A stretch of DNA of 64,000 bases, taken from Cetorhinus maximus (lineage: Eukaryota). The notes under the pieces are model-generated. The model made no database searches and was not told where the DNA came from. It worked only from the letters and a program-made list of their open reading frames with translations. Of the stretch, positions 35,630 through 47,859 are shown one piece after another. The stretch covers positions 33,914,001 to 33,978,000 of the forward strand of contig NC_135901.1 in assembly GCF_964194155.1 (NCBI RefSeq), written 5' to 3'. The translations under genes and the position numbers were made by a program. Within the stretch, counting starts at the first letter, position 1; the number at the start of each line of letters is the position of its first letter.

Positions 35630-36030
35630 TCAGAGGGCGGCTCTTACCCCGGCTCGGAGATCGGAAGAGGCCGCAGCTGCTGTCGGTTTGATGCAAACAG
35701 GAACCGGGAGTTTCCAATTCGGGTCTTGAGTCTTACACCGGGTGTTTATGAAACCTCCCAGTCCGCACTGACTCCATTTCTCTCCTGCACCCGGCTGTCA
35801 CTCACCCTTCCCCGCCTCCTTCAGCTCCCGCACTCCCCGGGCTTCAGGTACAATGACACTGCGCACGCGCGGAACCTCAGCCCACTCGCGCCCCACCCCT
35901 CATTCACTCCGATTGGTTGGAGGACCTGTCGCTCCACCTCGGTCCTCCGTTCCCTCCCCCTTCTTCCTATTGGTCCGGAGTTGCCGTCAATCAAGCCGGG
36001 CATTGTGACGGTTTCAAACGCTGAGAGCGG
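35630..36030 (-). promoter_or_regulatory. CpG-island promoter / first exon of the minus-strand ZNF (34352 start)
   Basis: Two ATTGG boxes at about 35912 and 35970, NRF1-like TGCGCACGCGC at about 35860. Colinear with 53050-53290. Confidence 0.65.
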
Positions 36031-36136
36031 CCACAGACTCAGCCTGACTTGCTGATTCTTGGCAGCATTTTCTGTTTGGGAATTAGAGCTAGAGATGGAT
36101 GGTCAGTTCCCCTCTGTCCGGGGGGGATTCACACTC

Positions 36137-36209
36137 ATTTCCCCAGTGCACTGATTATCACCTTTACTTTACATGAGGAAAGTCCCCGGTTCAATCCCGG
36201 CTGGAAACT
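36137..36209 (+). pseudogene. Highly degenerate tRNA-Val-derived pseudogene
   Basis: tttcc..agtg..ttatcac..ttTACat..aaagtccccggttcaatcccggctggaaac. It shares downstream flank with the copy at 170. Confidence 0.7.
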
Positions 36210-37274
36210 TTGTGTTTATAATAGTTACTGAGGAGGAATTAACAGTGAGTTTAGTTTCATGTCGAACAGGGGAACAGTTATTGTCTCATTCTGTAAAATC
36301 TCTTCTTAGATATAGCTCTTGGGGCGAAAGGGATCAAAGGATATGGGGATATCAGGATCTTCCAGCTTCACTCCACCTTCCCGCCCTATCCCCATATTCG
36401 TTGATTTCCTTCGAATTCAAATATTCACGGATTTCCATCTTGAATATACTCAAGATGGAGAACAATAGATTCAATGCAAGTTTAAATCTGGAAAATTTAA
36501 ATTTAATAAGAAGCTATGCGACTAATGTGATTAATATTTGGATTGGTAAAGATGAGGAACTGAAGCACACTGACACACAGTCACATACACCGAGAGTGAC
36601 AGATGGTGTGGGTCTCTAAGGAGAGACAAACACCCAGAAAGCAAGGATGTCACCAACTTGGCTCAGTTTTTGCTCCATTTTCGACTGGAAATTTGGCGAA
36701 TGATTGCAAATAAAAAAACAAAGAGTTTTGGGATGGTTTTTGTTCCATTTACCCGATAATTAATTTGGTGGGCACCTGGTTAATATTGGAAACAATGAAG
36801 AGTGTAGTTAGCAGAATTCATGCCTGTGCATGGAGACCACAATGAATTTCAAAACCATTTCTTAGCCACTAGCCAATATTACACACATTGCTACCTGCGC
36901 TATTGGTTGAGACAGAAATCTCAATAGAATTAACAAAAAGAATACTTAGGAAAATATTTGAGGTGTTGTAACTCACAGGAGATACAGAGCAAGAGCTAGA
37001 ATGTGGGATTAGACTGAATTGTTCTTTTCCTGCCAGCATGGGCATGATGGATCGAATGGTCTCCTTCTGGGCCGTAAAGATTTCTAATTTCCGTTGTTTC
37101 AATGTTTCAAAATAATCATCCTCACCCACTCCCCCGTGTGTCTTTTGTGTGTCTGCTCAATGAAATGTTTGTAAAAGGTAACGTTGGAGAAGGGTTGAGA
37201 GTTTCCAGTGCGGAACAGAGAAGCAACACTTTTCCAATCAGAGCACAAATAGATGACAAATACAGAATGGGTTT

Positions 37275-38295
37275 CCCTTGAGAAGATGGTGGTGAGCTGC
37301 CTTCTTGAACTGCTGAAGGCCAAGTGTTGTGAGTACACCCACAGTGCTGTTAGGGAGGGAGTTCCAGGACTTTGACCCAGTGACAGTGAAAGAACGGCGA
37401 TATAGTTCCAAGTCAGGATGGTATTTGGCTTGGAGGATAATTTGCAGATGGTTGTGTTCAGAATTCAGTAAAGTTTCTTTACTTCCATCACCATCGCTTT
37501 TGCCTTTCATCCTCATCCCTTTTGTTATTTATTCTCTCCTGTCTTCCACCCAATCACAAACATTCTCTTCTGTTCTCTCCCCCTCCCCCTTTCCTTACGT
37601 GTGAACTTTCTGAAAATCTGTAACATCTCTAGCTTCTTTCCAGTTCTGATAAAAGTTCAGCAACCTGAACCATTAACTGTTTCTCTCTGCACAGACTTGG
37701 CCTGACCTGCTGAGTATTTCCAGCATTTTCTGGTTGTGCATGACAGCGATCGATGTTTGGCCATTTCCCCCTCTGTCCAGGATGTGTGACAGTGGTCATA
37801 ATGTTTGCTTTAAATGTGAAATTACCCAGTGAGATCTCACGTGGAAGATGTGCCCTTCAATTGTTTCAGGATGGAGGTGGCACAGTGAAAAAATCAGTGA
37901 GAATTAATCCAGAGGCCCAGCCACAAGGCTTCAGAATCCAACATAGCTTGAGATTTAGTTTTCTGTTTGTTCTTTCATGGGGTGTGGGTGTCGCGGGCTT
38001 GGCTAAAATATATTTTCCAACCCTAATTGCCCTTGAGAAGGTGGTGGTGAGCTGCCTTCTTGAACTGCTGAAGGCCAAGTGTTATGAGTACACCCACAGT
38101 GCTGTTAGGGAGGGAGTTCCAGGACTTTGACCCAGTGACAGTGAAAGAACGGCGGTATAGTTCCAAGTCAGGATGGTATTTGGCTTGGAGGGTAATTTGC
38201 AGATGGTTGTGTTCTCATGCATCCTCTTCCCTTGTCTTTCAAGGTTTTAGGGCTCACGGGTTTGGAAGGTGCTGTTGAATGAGCCTTGGTGAGTT
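37275..38295 (-). mobile_element. Two family-B LINE 3' UTR fragments (about 37275-37455 and 37975-38295)
   Basis: Near-identical to each other and similar to 1095-1350. Confidence 0.8.
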
Positions 38296-38580
38296 GGGAA
38301 TTGAATTAATAAGTCTGGAATTGAAAGCTAGTCTCAGTAATGGTGAATTGAAGCTTTCTACAATTGTCATGAAAACCCATCTGGTTCACCAATATCCTTT
38401 AAGGAAAGAAATGTGCCGTCCTTACCCAATCTGACCTCCATGTGACTCCAGACCCACAGCAATGCGGTTGACTCTTAACTGCCCTCTGAAATAGCCTCAC
38501 AAGTCACTCCATTCAAGGGTAATTAGGGATTGACAGCAAATGCTGGACTTGACTGTGACACCAACATCCCATGAAATAAT
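38296..38580 (+). mobile_element. SINE body and tail sharing the family-B LINE 3' end (probable head at about 37870-37930)
   Basis: Tail aagggtaattagggat..aaatgctgg..catcccatg matches the LINE-B terminus. Related body fragments lie at 34500-34625 and 45600-45700. Confidence 0.55.
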
Positions 38581-38726
38581 ATATAGAAAGATGAGCAATT
38601 AGCATATTGTTTTATTTCATGTCGAACAGGGTGACTGTAACTGCTGTCTCGTTATTTAAAACCTGGATATTTTACCTATTTAACCAGGTAACGTTAAGTG
38701 AGGGCAAACGGATTCACAGTGACCCA

Positions 38727-38965
38727 AAATACTGAAGCTGCTGGAAATCCAAACTTAAAAGAAAATATTGGAAGCACCCAGCAGTATCTATGGAAAAGGA
38801 AACAGGTCACTGAACTTTAATCCAGTTATACAGTTCTGATGAAAGGTCACAGACCTGAAATATAAACTATGATTTTGTCTTCATATAAGTTACCAGATGT
38901 GACGAGATTTTCTGAATGCTCTGTTTTAATTTCAGATTTACAGCATCTGCAGTATTTTGCTTTAC
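38727..38965. mobile_element. Older fold-back pLTR element containing an intact variant hammerhead (38832-38868, +)
   Basis: Arms aaaatactg..gctggaaatc / gattt.cagcatctgcagtatttt. Motif agtt-CTGATGA-a-AGGTC-aca-GACCT-GAA-ATAT-A-aact. Confidence 0.75.
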
Positions 38966-39059
38966 TTCCAATGAAGAGTGTTGAGAATCTGGAATTCCTT
39001 ACCAGAATGGTTTGAGATCCCCATCTGACCTGAAAACCCATGTTTTCCCATGAAATCCC

Positions 39060-39200
39060 ACTGTGAAAAGGCAGTTCACCTGCTGACAGAAGGAAGGCCT
39101 TCACTCGGCCATCGCATTCACTAAGACAGCCGCACAGTCACAATGGAGAGGGATCATTCAGATCCTTCACATGTGGAAAGAGATTTATTCAGTTTCCCCG
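39060..39200 (+). pseudogene. Very degenerate zinc-finger remnant
   Basis: ttcacctgc..ttcactc..cagtcacaatggagagg..tgtggaaagagattt motifs at finger-like spacing. Confidence 0.5.
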
Positions 39201-39509
39201 CCCGTTAGCAGTCCAGCTTTAAAAGTTGAAAGGATTTGATCCATAATTGATGCATCCTGACGAGAGGCGGTTTTAATGTTTCGTATATGGCGGGGGGGTG
39301 GAATCACTTGCTCACCCCAGTTGCCGAGGCTTCAGTGAGCTCAGATCAAACTGTAGGTGTTTGCTCTGCTGTTAATTACACACCCACGACAGAACCGTGT
39401 TGAAGGGTTTGTGCACTTTGGTTGCTGGATCAACTGATTTGATAATTTTATGTCTTGGCCCCATGGCTACAAACGCCATCGGATCATTTAACATAAACAG
39501 CTTCTCAAG

Positions 39510-39910
39510 AATATTTGCTTGCAATGGCAAGGCACTTACCCAGCATTCGCGGCGAGACAGAAAGTGCCCAACTTTCACGGCATGAGACTCGTGCGCAGGC
39601 GCACTGACGGGTTGTTGACAGAGCGTGCGCACTGTGGCTTCCGGACGGCGCGTGCGCAGGGGCGGTTGCTGCGGCCACAGGCGGACGGTCACCTCGACTC
39701 TGGAAACGAAGAGAAACGACCGATCGTAGGAGGGGAATGGAGGAGGCCGAGTAGGTGGGGAGGCTTCATAAATACCCAGCGGAGGCCTCAAAACCCGAAT
39801 AAGAACCTATCTGGCCCGCGTTGGTAACGAACGGCCCGGTAAGAGCCGCAGGCGCCGCGTCGACAGGTTGGAGGCCCGAGATCGTGCAGCAGGGCGCATG
39901 CGCGGGAGAG
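39510..39910. promoter_or_regulatory. CpG-island promoter, probably of the ZNF at 45905
   Basis: NRF1-like TGCGCAGGCGCA at about 39592 and GCGCATGCGC at about 39894. Followed by the cluster-typical leader exon at 39960-40090. Confidence 0.6.
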
Positions 39911-40097
39911 GATGTAGTGAATTTCTATCCTGGACTGACATGGATGGATTTTGGAAACTCCTTTTGCAGGGGGTTAGAAGGGGAGGATTTACACACAGCA
40001 AACTCAGACCAAGAGAAATGTTTTTCTCTTCTCAATTTCCATTCTGGCCTCTTAGTAATGCATTTTTTTTAATGCAGGGTATTTGAACAGGAGAAAA

Positions 40098-43000
40098 TAT
40101 AAGACCATAAGACATAGGAGCAGAAATTAGGCCATTCGGCCCATCGAGGCTGCTCCGCCATTCAATCATTACTGATAAGTTTCTCAACCCCATTCTCCCC
40201 CCTTTTCCTCGAGTCCTAGTCTCTCCTACTAATGGAAACATCCCCACGTCCACTCTATCCAGGTCTTTCATTATTCTGTAAGAACCATAGAACACTACAG
40301 CACAGAAAACAGGCCATTCGGCCCATCTAGTCTGTGCTGAAATATTATTCCGCTAGTCCCATTGACCTGCACCTAGTCCATAACCCTCCAGACCTCTCCC
40401 ATCCATGTATCTATCTAATTTATTCTTAAAACTTAAGAGTGAGCCCGCATTTACCACGTCAGATGGTAGCTCGTTCCACACTCTCACCAATCTCTGAGTG
40501 AAGAAGTTCCCCCTAAGTTTCAATCAGATTCTTCTTCATCCTTCTAAACTCCATCGAGTATAGACACAGAGTCCTCAAATGTTCCCCATATGTTAAGCCT
40601 TTCATTCCTGGGATCGTTCTCGTGAACCTCCTCTGGACCCTCTCCAGGGCCAGAACATCCTTCCTGAGATACGGGGCCCAAAATTGCTCACAGTATTCTA
40701 AATGTGGTCTGACCAGAGCCTTATAAAGCCTCAGCAGCACATCCCTGCTTTTATATTCTAGTCCTCTAGAAATAAATGCCAACATTGTATTTGCCTTCCT
40801 AACTACCGACTCAACCTGCAAATTAAACTTAAGAGAATCCTGGACTAGGACTCCCAAGTCCCTTTGCACTCCAGATTTCTGAATTCTCTCCCCATTTAGA
40901 AAATAGACTTTGCCTCTATTCTTCCTACCAAAGTGCATGACCTCACACTTCCCCACGTTGTATTCCATCTGCCACTTCTTTGCCCATTCTCCTAACCTGT
41001 CCAAATCCTTCTGCAGCCTCCCCGCCTCCTCAATATTACCTGTTCCTCCATCTATCTTTGTATCATCTGCAAACTTAGCCAGGATGCCCTCAGTTCCTTC
41101 ATCTAGATCATTAATGTATAAAGTGAAAAGTTGTGGTCCCAACACTGACCCCTGTGGAACTCCAATAGTCACCAGCCGCCACTCTCTGCCTCCTGCCAGA
41201 CAGCCAATCTTCTATCCATGCTAGTACCTTGCCTCTAACACCACGGGCTCTTATCTTACTGAGCAGCCTCCTGTGCGGCACCTTGTCAAAGGTCTTCTGG
41301 AAGTCCAAGTAGATAACATCCATTGGCTCTCCTTTGTCTAACCTACTCGTTACCTCCTCAAAGAATTCCAGCAGATTTGTCAGGCATGACCTCCCCTTGA
41401 TGAAAGCATGCTGATTTTGCCCTATTTCACCATGCACTTCCAAGTATTCTGAAATCTCATCCTTAATAATGGACTCTAAAATCTTACCAACGACTGAGGT
41501 CAGGCTAATCAGCCTGTAATTTCCCATCTTTTGCCTCACTCCCTTCTTAAACAGGGGGGTTACATTAGCGATTTTCCAGTCCTCTGGGACCCTCCCTGAC
41601 TCCAGTGATTCCTGAAAGATCACCACTAACACCACCACTATCTCTTCAGCTATCTCCTTCAGAACTCTGGGGTGTAATCCATCTGGTCCAGGTGATTTAT
41701 CCACCTTCAGACCTTTCAGTTTTCCTAGCACCTTCTCCTTGGTAATGGCCACCATACTCACCTCTGCCCCCTGACTCTCTTGAACTTTGGGGATGTTACT
41801 CGTGTCTTCCACCGTGAAGACTGAGGCAAAGTACCTATTCAGTTCCTCCGCCATTTCTTTGTTCCCCACTACTACTTCTCCATCGTCATTTTCCAGCGGC
41901 CCAATGTCCACTTTTGCCTCTCTCTTACCCTTTATATATCTAAAAAAACTGTTGCAATCTTCTTTTATTTTACTGGCTAGTTTACCCTCATAGTTAATCT
42001 TCTCCCTCCTTATTTCTTTTTTAGTTGTCCTCTGTTGGTCTTTGTAGCTTCCCAATCCCCTGGTTTCCCACTGCTCTTCGCCGCATTGTATGCTTTCTCT
42101 TTAGCTTTTATGCTGTCCCTGACTTCCCTTGTCAGCCATGGTTGTCTCGTCCTCCCTTTAGTATGCTTCTTCTTCCTAGGGATGAATTTTTGCTGTGTCT
42201 CCCAAATTACTCCCAGAAACTCCTGCCATTGCTGTTCCACTGTCTTTCCTGCTTGGCTCATCTCCCAGTCAATTCTGGCCAGCTCCTCCCTCATGCCTCT
42301 GTCGTTGCCTTTATTCAACTGTAATACCGTTACATCTGATTCCAGCTTTTTCCTCTCAAATTGCAGGGTAAATTCTATCATATTATGGTCACTTCCTCCT
42401 AAGGGTTCCTTCACCTTAAGCTCCCTTATCAAATCTGCCTCATTACACATCACTAAATCTAGAATTGCCTGTTCCCTAGTGGGCTCCACCACAAGCTGCT
42501 CCAAAAAGCCATCTCATAGACATTCCACAAATTCCTTTTCTTGGGATCCACTACCAATCTGTTTTTCCCAGTCTACCTGCATATTGAAATCCCCCATGAT
42601 CACTGTAACCTTGCCTTTCTTACATGCTTTTTCTATCTCCTGGTGTATCTTGTGCCCCACATCCTGACTACTGTTTGGAGGCCTGTACATAACTCCCATT
42701 ATGATTTTTTTACCTTTGCGGTTCCTCAACTCTACCCACACAGATTCTACATCATCTGACCCTACGTCATTTCTTGCTATCGATTTAATTTCATTTCTTA
42801 CTAACAAAACAACCCCACCCCCTCTGCCAACCTGCCTATCTTTTTGCTAGGATGTATATCCTTGGATATTTAGCGCCCAGTCCTGATCCCCCTGCAGCCA
42901 TGTCTCTGTGATGTCCACCACATAATACCTGCCAATTTCAATCTGCGCCACAAGCTCATTTACCTTATTTTGTATACAACATCTTCAGTCCGGTATTTCC

Positions 43001-44610
43001 CATCCCCTTTCTCATTGTTGTCCCTTTATCTGATGTGCTTGAAGTTAGATTCCTAGCCCTTTCCAAACACTCTGTCCTATTTTGTGTTCTGGAGACTTTC
43101 CTTTCTTGGCTCTCCTTTCTTTTTTCATAATTTTCCATGAAGTTGAATCCACCCCCCACACGCTAACCTGCTGCTTTGTTTCCCAATAGTCATACTTCTT
43201 GGAGTTTTACCCTTCCCTTCCCCCCCACTTTCTAGTTTAAAGTCCTGTTGACCACCCTATTCACCCTTTTCGCTAGAACATTGGTCTCAGATCGGTTCAG
43301 GTGGAGACTGTTCCAACGGCACAGATCCCTCCTGTTCCAATACTGATGCCAGTGCCCCACGAAATGGAACCCCTCTTTCCCGCACCACTGCTTTAGCCAT
43401 GTGTTTACTTCCCTTTTTCTCGCATCCCTATGCCAATTTGCACCTGGCTCGGGTAGTAATCCGGAGGTTATAACCCTTGAGGACCTGTTCTTTAATTTAG
43501 TTCCTAGTACCTGATAATCCCCAAACAGGTCCTCTTTCCTAGTCTTGCCTATGTTATTTGTTCCGACGTGGACCACAACTGGATCCTCCCCCTCCCTCTC
43601 CAATATCCTTTCAAGCCGGTCAGAGATGTCCCTCACCCTGGCACCGGGCAGGCAACATACCATGCGGGACTCTCGACCCTGCTTACAAAGGATGCTATCA
43701 ATTCCCCTAATTATAGAACCCCCTACAACTACCACTTGTCTTTTTGCTCCCCCCTCTTGAATGGCCTCCTGTGCCACGGTGCTGTTGTCAGTGGCTCATC
43801 CTCCCTACAGCCCTGTTCCTCATCCACACAGGGAGCAAGTACCTCGTACCTGTTGGACAAGGTCAAGAGCTGAGACTCCTCTGTTCCTGAACACAGGATC
43901 CCTCTACCTGCCTCACTTGCAGTCACACCCTGCTGACCCTGACCACTGACTGAACTTGAGGTACTTAATCTACCGGGTGTGACTGCCTCCTGAAACAAAG
44001 CGTCCAGGTAACACTCCCCCTCTCAGATGTGCCGCAGCGTCCGGAGCTCGGACTCCAGCTCATCAATTCTGAGCTGGAGTTCCTCCAGCAACCAACACTT
44101 GCTGCAGATGTGGTGACTGCGGCTCGCAATGGGATCTGCCAGCTCCCACATCATACAGCTACAGCACATCACCTGCCCAGCCATCTCGACTTAGATAATT
44201 AATTTATTAATTAGCTTTGCAGTGTTTTTTTTTCAAATTTTGTGCAGATTTCCTACCAACCAATCAGGTCACAGTTTTCCTGTGATGTCACTTTTTCAGT
44301 TTTCGCTTCAGTTACTCTGTGCCCCGAGGTCACCGCTCCAGTGCTCCTCCCTCCAAGTCTGCTCCCTGGAGACAAGGCCGCAAATCCCCGAGGTAAGCTA
44401 GATTTATACTCACCGCTCCGGTGCTCCTCCCTCCGAGTCTGCTCCCAGGATTTACTCACCAATCATCTGCTTTTTCTTTAAAATCCACTTAGTGTCCCTC
44501 GCAGGTCTGGTGCACTCCTGAAGGCACTGCCTTTTCCTCTCTATCTCTCTTTTTTTTTTAGGTTTGAGGAGGAGGGAGGGATGGAAACACTACAGCAATG
44601 TAATGTTTGG
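40098..44610 (-). mobile_element. Near-full-length CR1 LINE (second subfamily) with a nested CR1 3' fragment at about 40281-40512
   Basis: ORF1 esterase 43232-43777 (VHVGTNN). ORF2 pieces 42514-42807, 42010-42504, 41111-42055 (YLDFQKTFD) and 40513-41172 (FADD). (cttatg)-type tail. Confidence 0.95.
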
Positions 44611-44635
44611 GGCTATTCCGTTCTTTGACAGTGGG

Positions 44636-44826
44636 TCGTCCTCAATTCCCTCCTGAGTCGCGGTGTCTGTGGTGACTTGTCCCAGAATGATTCAGTCACT
44701 TCTCACCAGCGCCCTCTGTTGGATGCTCTTCCTCCTGTTGAGTGCAAGAGTCCTTCTCCTCGATTCCCTCCTGAGTCGCGGTGGCTTCTCCCAGAATGCT
44801 TCAGTCACTTCCCACCAGCGCCCTCG
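44636..44826. repeat. Two imperfect direct copies of a 70-80 bp unit
   Basis: attccctcctgagtcgcggtg...cccagaatg.ttcagtcactt..caccagcgccctc at about 44645 and 44763. Confidence 0.75.
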
Positions 44827-44869
44827 GGTCTGTCTGTGGAGAAATATTCAAACACCTGTGTGACTGGAA

Positions 44870-45410
44870 ATATGGGAGAGCAATGTCATGGAGGGATTGG
44901 AAAAGAAGGATGAGAATTTTAAATTGAGTTACTGTTTAAGCAGGAGCTGGTGTAAGTCAGTGACGACAGGATGATGGACTGATGGAGTGAATGGGACTAA
45001 GTGCAGAGGACAGAGGCAGCAGAAGTTTGGATAAACCCCAGGTTATCAGGGCTGAAGGTGAGGGGCCAGCCAGGTGTGCGTTTGAATAGTCAAGGCTAGA
45101 GGTAATAAAGGAATGCATGAGTTTCAGGAGCAAATGAGCGGAGACGGGGCCAAGTCAGTGATGCCACTGAGATTGGAATGTGCACTCTTGGAGATGGTAC
45201 AGACATGTGGTCAGAAGCTCAGCTGGCGGTGAAATATGAACCCCTGGTTGTGACCAGTCTGGCTTAGTCTCAGACAGTTGCCAGGGAGAGGGATGGAGTC
45301 AGTGGCTAGGGAGTGGAGTTTGTAGTGGGAACTGAAGACAATGGCTTCAGCCTTCCCAATATTTAAATAGACAAAATTTCTGTTCATCCAGTACTGGATG
45401 TCAGTCAGAC
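44870..45410 (-). mobile_element. L2 fragment
   Basis: CLTDIQYWMNRNFVYLNIGKAE (ORF 45211-45468). Confidence 0.75.
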
Positions 45411-45904
45411 AAATCAGGACGGTGTGTGACTTGGAGGGGAACTTGGAGGTGATGATGTTCACATACACCTGCTACCCTGGTCCTTCTAGGTGGTGGAGGT
45501 TGAGGGGGTTTGGTGGTTTTGACAAAGTTCTAGTTTATTTGTAGGTATATAAAATCCCTCACCTACGCAACTTCTGTTCCCACTCGTCACATAGAGCTCA
45601 GAGTCTTGTGTTGTCCCAGACCAGATGGCAGGTTCCCTTCCCTGAAGGACATTAGTTGGATTTTCATGACGGTCCAGCAGTTTTCAATGGTCGCTTTTTC
45701 CTAGTGCCTGTCACACAAATGACCAGATTCGTTCAGCTCAATTTCACAACCTGCCTTTGTGTTTTTGTGGGTTCTCTCTGACACCCTTTTTCTCCCCAAT
45801 TTCACAGGGGAGGATTTGCAATCTGGAATCTTATCCAAACATCACATCAGGATCTGACAGAGTCCCCTAATTTATCGTTACCTGAATGTCATCGGATTTT
45901 AAAC

Positions 45905-46690
45905 ATGGAAGGAAAAAGCACCGTTCACAGTGGAGAGAAACCGTACACGTGTTCTGTGTGTGGGCAAGCCTTCAGCCGATCATCTAGTCTGTGGAAACAC
46001 AAGCGCAGACACACTGGGGTGAGGCCGTGGAAATGTGAGGACTGTGGGAAAGGGTTCTATTACCAGTTTGAGCTGGCAAATCATCGGCGCAGTCACAGTG
46101 CGGAGAGACCATTCAACTGCTCCGTGTGCAGAAAGGGATTCATTACTTCATCCCACCTGCTGGAACACCAACGGGTTCATGCTGGGGAGAGGCCATTCAC
46201 CTGCTCCGAGTGTGGGAAGGGATTCACTCAGTCATCTCAGCTGCTGACACACCAGCGAGTTCACACTGACGAGAGACCTTTTAAATGTTCAGACTGCGGG
46301 AAGTGCTATAAAAGTTCCGGGGAGCTGATGCGCCATCAACATGTTCACTCTGACGAGAGACCGTTCAGGTGCTCTCACTGCGGGGCTGGGTTCAAGGCAT
46401 CATATGACCTCACTGTTCATTGGCGAATTCACACGGGGGAGAGGCCGTTCACCTGCTCCGAGTGTGGAAAGGGATTCACAACCTCATCCAACCTGCTGGA
46501 GCACCAGCGCACTCACACTGGGGAGAGGCCGTTCGCCTGCCTCGAGTGTGGGAAGAGATTTGCTCGTTCGTCCACCCTGCTAAGACACCAGCGGTTTCAC
46601 ACTGGGGAGAGACCTTTCATTTGCTCCGAGTGCGGGAAGGGATTCACTACCTCATCCAACCTGCTGAAACACCAGAGAGTTCACAAGTAA
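45905..46690 (+). CDS. C2H2 zinc-finger protein, 9 fingers (MEGKSTVH type)
   Basis: Intact 261-aa ORF with 9 complete fingers. AATAAA at about 46815. Confidence 0.92.
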   Translation: MEGKSTVHSGEKPYTCSVCGQAFSRSSSLWKHKRRHTGVRPWKCEDCGKGFYYQFELANHRRSHSAERPFNCSVCRKGFITSSHLLEHQRVHAGERPFTCSECGKGFTQSSQLLTHQRVHTDERPFKCSDCGKCYKSSGELMRHQHVHSDERPFRCSHCGAGFKASYDLTVHWRIHTGERPFTCSECGKGFTTSSNLLEHQRTHTGERPFACLECGKRFARSSTLLRHQRFHTGERPFICSECGKGFTTSSNLLKHQRVHK

Positions 46691-46864
46691 CTACAATGAT
46701 TGGATTTTTCTGTTAATCACATCCAGAACTGAAGTTTGTTCATCAGGGTCTGTTTCTGCTGATGTAAATGAATTCCAGCCCAGTTACATCTGTTAATATT
46801 GTGGATAAAAGCCAAATAAATCAGCTTTGTGTTGAACACACAATGTGTTGAGTCTTTTTAATAT

Positions 46865-47595
46865 CTCTAAAACAAGTTAGTTCCTTTTGAAGGAGTCTCC
46901 CTCATCCCACCTCCATCAACAAGTGTGAGGAGCTCGTGGAGCTTCATTGTCACTAAGATTGAGACAATCCGATCAGCTGCCTCTGCTGCTCCCCTCCCTT
47001 CCATTAGCCCACTGGGACAAACTGTCTCTAATGTTCCTCCTTGCCGTGAGCCCTGAACCCACATCTTTCTCCAGTTTCTCCCCCATCTCCCCTCGTGCCC
47101 TCTCAGTGCTCATCGTGCCCACCTCCTGCTCCATCCGCTCTATTCCCACTAAACTGCTGATTACCCAACTTCCCCGTGTTCCCTCACGGTGTTGATAATG
47201 GCTACATCTCTTCAGGTCCTGTCCGTCTGTCCTTCAAATCCAGCATCACCACCGTCTCCTCAATAAAACCAACCCTTGACCTCACCGTCACTGCCTGATC
47301 CCCAACTTCCCTTTTCCCCTTTGAAGTCCTGAAATGTGTTAAAACTCCGAAATTTCTGTCCCTCTTTGCTAGGACCCTGTTTGAATCCCTCCAATAAGGT
47401 TTCCACTCACACTCTTACCAAAGTTACAAATGACACCCTAAACAGCAGCAGCAAACTATCTCATCCTTCCTTTCAGTCTTCAACCGGTTAACCAATCCAT
47501 CTTCCCCCAATGCCTCTCCACTCTTCTCCAGACTTCACACTCTTGTTCCTTTCTTATATATATAAAATTGTAACCAGAGAATCACCTGCAGGAGC
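46865..47595 (+). mobile_element. Old L2 fragment shared with the 3' flanks of paralogous ZNFs
   Basis: Reverse complement of 28440-28790 and 51770-52110. Confidence 0.65.
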
Positions 47596-47859
47596 TGAGA
47601 GTATTTGATTTACATTTTCATATACTCGATAAATAATTGGGTCTCATTAAATTACGTAAGAATGCCTCGTTGTCACTGTGATATTACCTTGCAGGACAAG
47701 TCCTTCTAACTAGAGCAGCTCTTTTGGATAAGGTCATCAGACAAGAGTGAAGACGCTGCTGTCCATGACCCAAGCCCAGGAGTGGGCCAAGCATCTTGTA
47801 ATTACCATTAAAATGCAATATTCAGCAGAACAAATAAGGTCATAGTGGGAAAATGTTAA

